This document shows, piece after piece, positions 58,073-64,000 of a stretch of DNA of 64,000 nt. How positions within the stretch are numbered: the stretch's first letter is position 1; each line of letters opens with the position of its first letter. Where the stretch lies: contig JBAZNV010000001.1 in NCBI GenBank assembly GCA_041649045.1, forward strand, positions 286,728-350,727, in the 5' to 3' direction. The translations under genes and the position numbers were made by a program. The stretch is from Candidatus Pacearchaeota archaeon (GTDB taxonomy: Archaea; Nanobdellota; Nanobdellia; Pacearchaeales; GW2011-AR1). The notes beneath the pieces are model-generated. The model was given only the letters and a program-made list of their open reading frames with translations, was not told the origin of the DNA and did no database searches.

Positions 58073-59527
58073 TTAATAACTTTTTCCTGCGTATACCACT
58101 ACTTGAGCTTCCTTCCCGCAAAAGGCACATTTCCCTTTTGCTTTTTCTTTTTTTTCAGCACGAGTTCCCATTACTCTTGCTGCAAGTTCTTTTTCAATAA
58201 ATTCTGCACAATCCTTGCCTTCTTTTTCAGTGGAACAAAAATTAAACCTTGCGATTTTTCCAGAGTCTAAAGCAGATTTTATTTCGTCTTTGTTTTTACA
58301 ATCTAAAATTTTATCCTTGAAAAATTCGTCTGCTTTTGTTTTCAACCTAACATCAAATTCGGCTCCGAGATTTTTTATATCTTCGACCAAATTTTCTACT
58401 TTTATTTTTATTTTTTCTTTAGTGTCTCTTATGAAAACGGTTAATTCACCTAACTCAAGTTCTTTGTCTCCAATTTCTATTCTAAAAGGAACGCCCTTCA
58501 TCTCCCAAAAGAAAAATTTCTCTCCTGGCCTTTTATCTGAATCATCAATTTCACATTCTATATTGTTTTCAAAAAAAAGTTCTCTTATGGCTTCAACTCT
58601 GGCTTCGATTGCCTTTTTGTTTTTTTCGCTATAGTGAGGAACAACTATGACTTGAACGGGAGCAATTGAAAAAGGAATTATAAGTCCGCTATCGTCGCCA
58701 TGCATAGAAATTACTGATGCAAGAATTCTTGAAATGGCTGGACCATAGCAAGTCTGCCAAACGAATTTTTCTTTTTCATCTTTATCTATAAATTTTATAT
58801 CAAACGCTTTTGAAAAATGTTGTCCAAGCAAATGAGTAGACGGTTGTTGAATAAGTTTCCCGTCTGGCAAAAGAGAGTCGCTTCCGATTGTGTATTCAGC
58901 GCCGTGGAATTTATCCCATTCTGGTCTTTTCATTGGCAAAAAAGGAATGCCAAAAATTTGATGCATTACTGATTCTGTCATTGCGATATCTTCCTGAACC
59001 TGTTCTTCTGCTTCTTTTTTTGTTTCGAATACATCGTGAGCCTCAAGCCAATAGAATTCTCTTGATCGTATTAATGGTCTTGTTGAGCCTGTTTTCTCAT
59101 TTCTAAAAACATTTGCTCTCTGATAAATTTTCAACGGTAAATCTTTGTAGCTTCTGATCCATAATTTATACATCTCATAAAAAGCGGTTTCGCTAGTTGG
59201 CCTTAAGGCGACTTTTTCTTCTCCGCGAAATTGTTCAAGCCAAAATACAGCTGGTGAAAATCCTTCAACATGACTTGCTTCTTTTTTAAAATTTCCTTCG
59301 GGAATTACAGCAGGAAATATGGCTGGTTGATGTCCTGTTCTTTTTAGTGCTGATTCGTAAATTTTATACATTTTTTCAATCATTCTTGCCCCCCACGGTC
59401 TGATGACAATGAATCCTTTCACTCCATAACGCAAATCTGTTACCTCGGCTTTCGATAGAATCTCCGAATACCACTCGGAAAAATTTTCACTTTTAGAAAT
59501 ATTAAAAGTTACTTTATTCTTAACCAT
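58073..59527 (-). CDS. proS: prolyl-tRNA synthetase, archaeal/eukaryal type
   Basis: Class II motifs, C-terminal zinc-binding CAFCGKEA, and ~480 aa archaeal-type architecture. Confidence 0.85.
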   Translation of the reverse strand: MVKNKVTFNISKSENFSEWYSEILSKAEVTDLRYGVKGFIVIRPWGARMIEKMYKIYESALKRTGHQPAIFPAVIPEGNFKKEASHVEGFSPAVFWLEQFRGEEKVALRPTSETAFYEMYKLWIRSYKDLPLKIYQRANVFRNEKTGSTRPLIRSREFYWLEAHDVFETKKEAEEQVQEDIAMTESVMHQIFGIPFLPMKRPEWDKFHGAEYTIGSDSLLPDGKLIQQPSTHLLGQHFSKAFDIKFIDKDEKEKFVWQTCYGPAISRILASVISMHGDDSGLIIPFSIAPVQVIVVPHYSEKNKKAIEARVEAIRELFFENNIECEIDDSDKRPGEKFFFWEMKGVPFRIEIGDKELELGELTVFIRDTKEKIKIKVENLVEDIKNLGAEFDVRLKTKADEFFKDKILDCKNKDEIKSALDSGKIARFNFCSTEKEGKDCAEFIEKELAARVMGTRAEKKEKAKGKCAFCGKEAQVVVYAGKSY

Positions 59528-59682
59528 ACTCGATAATAGAAAGGGGTGTATATAAAATTAATGAATCATTTAGCCGTTTCTTCCATTAAATTTATAAACT
59601 AATATTTGCAGATTATCTTACCAGTGATTAACCGTTGGTTATGAGGACTCTGTTCTCGCTGGAAACTAAATAAGGGAAAAAA

Positions 59683-59979
59683 ATGGCATCAATATATGAC
59701 GTTGTTGAGAAAGCAAAAAAAACCGGAAAGGTAAACAAAGGTATAAATGAGGTCACAAAAGCTATTGAAAGAGGGATTGCAAAAGCAGTTGTTGTGGCAA
59801 GCGATGTTTCACCTAAAGAACTTACCCAGCATTTGCCGATTTTATGCAAGGAAAAAAACATAAAGTTTTTTTTGGCAGATTCGAAGGAAAAACTCGGAAT
59901 TTCTGTAGGCATTAACAGACCAGCTACAGCTATAGCAATTATAGAAACCGGCGAAGCAAAGCTTGATTCAATCAAATAG
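59683..59979 (+). CDS. rpl7ae: ribosomal protein L7Ae
   Basis: L7Ae/L30e fold (KVNKGINEVTKAIERGIAKAVVVASDVSP). First gene of the L7Ae-S28e-L24e operon. Confidence 0.85.
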   Translation: MASIYDVVEKAKKTGKVNKGINEVTKAIERGIAKAVVVASDVSPKELTQHLPILCKEKNIKFFLADSKEKLGISVGINRPATAIAIIETGEAKLDSIK

Positions 59980-60014
59980 TTTTAAAAGACTATCGTTAGA
60001 GAATTATAATTAAT

Positions 60015-60320
60015 ATGGCAAAAGAAAAACAGCAAGAAAAAAAACAACAGGAAAAAAAACAGGGCGGTTCTAAAGGTTCCGAAAAGCTTACAGACGAAGG
60101 TGCTGTACCTGCAATTGTCGAAGCAACGCTGGGAAGAAGCGGAGCAAAAGGAGAAATAACCCAGGTAAAATGCAAAATCCTTCAGGGGAAAAACAGGGGA
60201 AAATCAATCAGGCGAAACGTTCGTGGGCCTGTCAGGAAAAGAGATATTTTAATGCTTAGAGAAACCGAGATTGAAGCAAGAAGAATTATGAAAAAAATAA
60301 ACAAGGGGGTACAGAGCTGA
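60015..60320 (+). CDS. rps28e: ribosomal protein S28e
   Basis: AIVEATLGRSGAKGEITQVKCKIL...RNVRGPVRKRDILMLRETE matches S28e. Carries a K/Q-rich N-terminal extension. Confidence 0.8.
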   Translation: MAKEKQQEKKQQEKKQGGSKGSEKLTDEGAVPAIVEATLGRSGAKGEITQVKCKILQGKNRGKSIRRNVRGPVRKRDILMLRETEIEARRIMKKINKGVQS

Positions 60321-60494
60321 TGATAGTAGTTAATAGTTCTGATAGAGAATGTCCATATAAACGATTATGTGTAGATAAAGAAAATGAGTCTTCGAGATGC
60401 AAAAAAGATTATGAAAATTGTAGTGTATACCAAAGAATATTAGATAGTGATTTAATGTTTGATACTTGCCAATTGCTGGAGGCAATAATTTAAA

Positions 60495-60686
60495 ATGCCA
60501 GTCTGTTCATTTTGCAAAACCCAATACGAAATTCCAAGAGGAATTACCGTCGTCCAAAAAGATGGCTCCATAAAATTCTTTTGTTCTTCCAAATGCAGAA
60601 AAAATTCCGAAATGGGAAGACAGTCAAAAAAAGTTAAGTGGGTGAAAAAAGCCAAAAAGGGCGAAAAGAAAGAAGAAAAAGAGTAA
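60495..60686 (+). CDS. rpl24e: ribosomal protein L24e
   Basis: CSFC...CSSKC zinc-ribbon and KFFCSSKCRKN, typical of L24e. Confidence 0.8.
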   Translation: MPVCSFCKTQYEIPRGITVVQKDGSIKFFCSSKCRKNSEMGRQSKKVKWVKKAKKGEKKEEKE

Positions 60687-60815
60687 GATTATTATTGGTT
60701 TATATAAGCAAATAGTCACAACGAGTATCCATAATGTTATTGTAAAAAATTTATTGTAACTATATAGTGTTAACAAAATAGAAAAATTTAAAAACCGCAT
60801 TTCTGTAAATTTTAC

Positions 60816-61640
60816 ATGAGGAATAAAACTTCATGGCTTGAAAGAATAATTGTAGGTATTGGGTCTATCTTGGGGTCTTCAAACGCGCTCGCAGAAGAAA
60901 TAGCTTATGTCGCAAATCCAACTCAAAGTTCTACAAAGACTATAGAAGTTGAGCCAAAAAGTGGAACTTCTTTTTATATTGAACAAACTTTAGGAACAAA
61001 TTATGTTTTTTCTGGCTCAGGGGCGATCGTAGCAAAAAAAGATCCAAGAAATCATAGTGGCGTAAGTCAGACTTATTTTGGCGTTACAAGAAATAATATA
61101 ACCGGGTGGATATGGGGAAATTATGATTTTGAGGATGCCAAATCCGGGAATGGATTCCACGAGTTAGATGCTGGCATAGAATACACTCAAGCAATTAATG
61201 ACTTTATTTCTGTTACCGGTGGAGGGGCTGTATGGATGTATCCTTCTGAATTCTTAGGTGAAAATTCAGAGTATATAGTTTATGGGAAAACCTCATTAAA
61301 AACTATGGGTATTAATTTTGATATTGCAGCGACAAACTTGTTTGCTCACGATAAAGTCAGTTCCGGGCAATGTTACACCATGAGAGCTTCAAAAAATTTT
61401 GATCTATGTAAAATTGCAGGATTTAATGTAGTTATTTCTCCGAGAATTGAGGGTGGATTCACAGATACTTTTTATGATGGTCAGTCATTTGGATTGAGAG
61501 CAATAAATACTGGAGCAGATTTAACTTTGTCAAAAAAAGATAGTCCATTATCCGTGAAATTTTCTTACACGCATCAAGATGGGAAAAATGGCACAGACGA
61601 TTTTGATTACGCAAGTGTTTCATTTGGGGCTATGTTTTAA
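60816..61640 (+). CDS. secreted beta-rich hypothetical protein
   Basis: Signal-peptide-like N-terminus (IIVGIGSILGSSNALA). Alternating polar/hydrophobic beta-like segments. C-terminal ...SFGAMF. Confidence 0.4.
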   Translation: MRNKTSWLERIIVGIGSILGSSNALAEEIAYVANPTQSSTKTIEVEPKSGTSFYIEQTLGTNYVFSGSGAIVAKKDPRNHSGVSQTYFGVTRNNITGWIWGNYDFEDAKSGNGFHELDAGIEYTQAINDFISVTGGGAVWMYPSEFLGENSEYIVYGKTSLKTMGINFDIAATNLFAHDKVSSGQCYTMRASKNFDLCKIAGFNVVISPRIEGGFTDTFYDGQSFGLRAINTGADLTLSKKDSPLSVKFSYTHQDGKNGTDDFDYASVSFGAMF

Positions 61641-61997
61641 TTTTCTTAACTCTTCAAATTCGCCATAATTCTGGGTGATTTCTTTATTTTTCCTTATGTC
61701 TCTTACTGCTATTAATTTATTGTCTTCTATTGTTATATTCCCATTAACGCTATGATTGCAAAATCTAATATCATCAAAAGACAAATGCCATATTTTCCTG
61801 TTTTTATCGAAATATCCATAATGTTTTATCGTGCATTTTTCATCATCCAGTAATTTTAAAAAATTTTTTTCAGTTAATAATAAATCAAGTTTTTCATTTA
61901 TCGAGTAAACAATTTTGCCTTTAGAGATGTCTTCATTAGCAAACAAACCAATACCATGAATTTTACTTTCGCTGAGTTTTATTTTGACATGAAACAT
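61620..61997 (-). CDS. SET-domain protein (putative lysine methyltransferase)
   Basis: GIGLFA, RFCNHS (the NHS pseudoknot motif), and EITQNYG post-SET-like motifs in 125 aa. Confidence 0.6.
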   Translation of the reverse strand: MFHVKIKLSESKIHGIGLFANEDISKGKIVYSINEKLDLLLTEKNFLKLLDDEKCTIKHYGYFDKNRKIWHLSFDDIRFCNHSVNGNITIEDNKLIAVRDIRKNKEITQNYGEFEELRKLKHSPK

Positions 61998-63059
61998 TTA
62001 ACTAAAGCTCTCCACCTTTTTCAATAATTCTTTCGCTTTTTTATCTTCTTTAAAATGTTTCCTGACGGGCTCTAAAAATTCATTTATATATTTAGCCGTT
62101 GCTTTTTTCAAATCTAATGGGTGAATTTTTTTATCAACAAACGCATTTTTTAATTCTTCATAAGAATCAAAAGAAATGTTCCCGCCAAATTTTTCTGGCC
62201 TTTCTATTTCAAATTTAGAAATTTTTTCAAAAACAATATATTTGCAATATTCGAAAATAGGGTTATCTGTTATTTGGCCTTCGGGACAATATGCTTTTTT
62301 TATTTTTCTTTCGACTTCCTCGACGCTATCCGTCATGAAGATCGCAGAGTCGGGATTAGATTTAGACATTTTTTTTGCAATGGCAGCTTCTACCCCTGTC
62401 AAATCGGTTTTAGGTTCAGTCAAACCCATAAGCATGTGATGATGAACTGCGATAGGTTTTGGCAAATTTAATTTTGGCGCTACTTCTCTCGCGAGAACGT
62501 TTATTTTTCTCTGATCCATCCCCAATTGAGCAACGTTAGCATTCAGCTGAAAAATATCACTGGCTTGCATGCAAGGGTAAAAAATTTGCGCAGCAGAAAG
62601 ATTGTCTTTCTCGCCTCTGCCCATTATCTGCGAGCATCTTGTTATTCTATCAACAGAATTCAATCTTGCAATCTTAACAACTCTAAGCCAATAATCTGAA
62701 TCCATGTTTTCTGAAGCCCACAAAAATTCAACGTTTTTCAAATCCATCCCGCAAGTTTTCCAAACTTCAATAAAATATTCTCCTACGATTTTTATTTTTT
62801 CTAAGTCTCCACCCATTTTGTTATTCATTAAAGCAAACCAATCTGCTACCCAAAATTTAAAATGAACTCCGGCTTTGGTTAATTTATTGACAGTAATTGC
62901 CCGCAAAAGTCCCTGAGCGATGTGTATTTTCCCTGAAGGTTCAAAACCATCGTAAGCAATAAGTTTTTTCTTTGTCTTAAGAAGTTCGATAAGTTCATCT
63001 TCGCCGATTATCTCTTCACCCACTTCTTTTATTAACTTCAATCTTTCCTCAACGTCCAT
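61998..63059 (-). CDS. tyrS: tyrosyl-tRNA synthetase, archaeal type
   Basis: HIAQG-type HIGH motif (GKIHIAQG) and KMSKS (KKMSKSNP) in ~350 aa. Confidence 0.85.
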   Translation of the reverse strand: MDVEERLKLIKEVGEEIIGEDELIELLKTKKKLIAYDGFEPSGKIHIAQGLLRAITVNKLTKAGVHFKFWVADWFALMNNKMGGDLEKIKIVGEYFIEVWKTCGMDLKNVEFLWASENMDSDYWLRVVKIARLNSVDRITRCSQIMGRGEKDNLSAAQIFYPCMQASDIFQLNANVAQLGMDQRKINVLAREVAPKLNLPKPIAVHHHMLMGLTEPKTDLTGVEAAIAKKMSKSNPDSAIFMTDSVEEVERKIKKAYCPEGQITDNPIFEYCKYIVFEKISKFEIERPEKFGGNISFDSYEELKNAFVDKKIHPLDLKKATAKYINEFLEPVRKHFKEDKKAKELLKKVESFS

Positions 63060-63102
63060 TAAAAAAACAAGATTAGAAGTTATTTAAAGTTTATTCTCTT
63101 TT

Positions 63103-64000
63103 TTATTTTTTTAATTTGCTTATTCCCTTTCTTGCAATTTCAGTTAAAATAGATTTTCTTTTTCTTTCATTTGAACACATAACGTCTCTGATTGATATTG
63201 GTTCTCCAAAATCAAGATAGCATTTTCCCCTATTTTGCCTCGCCATAATTCCTTCGACAAAACGATAACCATACGATAATACATCTGTAGCAAAGTAAGC
63301 ATAATCAAAAAATTGCTTTCTAAATTCTGATTTTGACATGTCTCTTCTACTTTTTAGCCACCACGCAGCATCCAGAAAACGCAAATCAGGATTATGTTCA
63401 TAAGCAATATGCATCGGAACAAGCTGTATGTCTCTTTTTGATTCAGATTCTATCGTTCTGATTACCTGTCCAAAAACTCCAGATCGAAACCTCCCTTCTT
63501 CCTCGCGAGGATTTCTTCCTCCATCGGGATAGACCAAAGTACTTTTCCCTTGTCCCAAAAGATACAAAACAAAATTATTGAAACCACGAAGATACTGCAT
63601 ACTCTTGTTATTTCTGTCAATTGGCACTGCCCCTGCCTTTTCCCAGAGTTTTTTAAATGGCCATTTGAATAAATTAGAACCAGCAATAAATCTTGGAAAT
63701 TCCTCGGGGCCTTTTATTACTCTTCTCCATATTATATATGCTTCCACCAAAAAATCGGACATACTAACGTGATTCGAAACATAAAGTTTTTGGGCATCTC
63801 CAATTTTGCGCACATTTTCTATTCCCGTAACAACAAAATCAGAATAAAGAAAATTAAATAAATGGGCCTCTTCCGCTTTTTCGATTGCTCGTTCTAATTC
63901 TTCAGGATTGAACGTATCTCTTCTCCCATTATAATGTTGTTCAAGCGAAACTACTCCTTCTCTTAAAGCCTTGTCTAAAGAAATAATTCTTCCTTCTTCT
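63103..64000 (-). CDS. lysophospholipid/glycerol-3-phosphate acyltransferase-like protein (PlsC family); 5' end lies outside the window
   Basis: Frame is open to the window end. NHVSMSD (HxxxxD acyltransferase motif) and PDGGRNPR (second LPLAT motif). Confidence 0.55.
   Translation of the reverse strand, partial: EEGRIISLDKALREGVVSLEQHYNGRRDTFNPEELERAIEKAEEAHLFNFLYSDFVVTGIENVRKIGDAQKLYVSNHVSMSDFLVEAYIIWRRVIKGPEEFPRFIAGSNLFKWPFKKLWEKAGAVPIDRNNKSMQYLRGFNNFVLYLLGQGKSTLVYPDGGRNPREEEGRFRSGVFGQVIRTIESESKRDIQLVPMHIAYEHNPDLRFLDAAWWLKSRRDMSKSEFRKQFFDYAYFATDVLSYGYRFVEGIMARQNRGKCYLDFGEPISIRDVMCSNERKRKSILTEIARKGISKLKK

Noticed and set aside
1-64000. CRISPR arrays, rRNA genes, transposase or integrase genes
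   Set aside because: No spaced direct-repeat arrays and no rRNA-like segments were seen. No transposase, integrase or recombinase motifs were found apart from the DGR RT. The only att-like signal is the 22-bp tRNA-Glu repeat, which is reported separately.

Overview
AT-rich (roughly one-third GC) chromosomal window from an archaeon, most plausibly a DPANN-type lineage. The archaeal assignment rests on archaeal-type GluRS, ProRS and TyrRS, Kae1, DacZ, deoxyhypusine synthase, a PEF-CTERM protein, the canonical L7Ae-S28e-L24e ribosomal operon, and a tRNA carrying a long anticodon-loop intron. Bacterial-like genes (bacterial-type LeuRS, PlsC-like acyltransferase, UvrABC, RRM protein) sit among these. 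The window is mostly housekeeping: 4 aminoacyl-tRNA synthetases, GatB, UvrA/UvrC, MutS-like, PEP synthase, DEAD-box helicase, sHSP, Kae1. The standout is a complete diversity-generating retroelement (DGR) at about 16.2-19.9 kb on the minus strand. It comprises a DGR-type reverse transcriptase (LGxxxSQ and YVDD motifs), an intergenic template repeat, and a variable repeat at the 3' end of an upstream target gene. VR and TR differ only at TR adenines, which sit in AAC/AAT/AGG codons in the target gene's reading frame. A GC hairpin lies just 3' of VR, and the TR carries an unusual 27-nt A-rich in-frame insertion. The target gene appears to be transcribed with a MoxR-like AAA+ ATPase and a small RHH protein. 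Other notable observations: a LeuRS carrying an inserted RBBP9/YdeN-like serine-hydrolase domain in front of the editing domain; a tRNA-Glu with an 80-nt intron followed by a 22-bp direct repeat of the tRNA 3' end flanking a ~470-bp segment (att-like remnant); an adjacent diadenylate cyclase (DacZ) plus DHH/DHHA1 phosphoesterase pair; an RRM/RGG protein; and a Cys-rich surface protein with a possible frameshifted C-terminus. No CRISPR array and no rRNA were seen.
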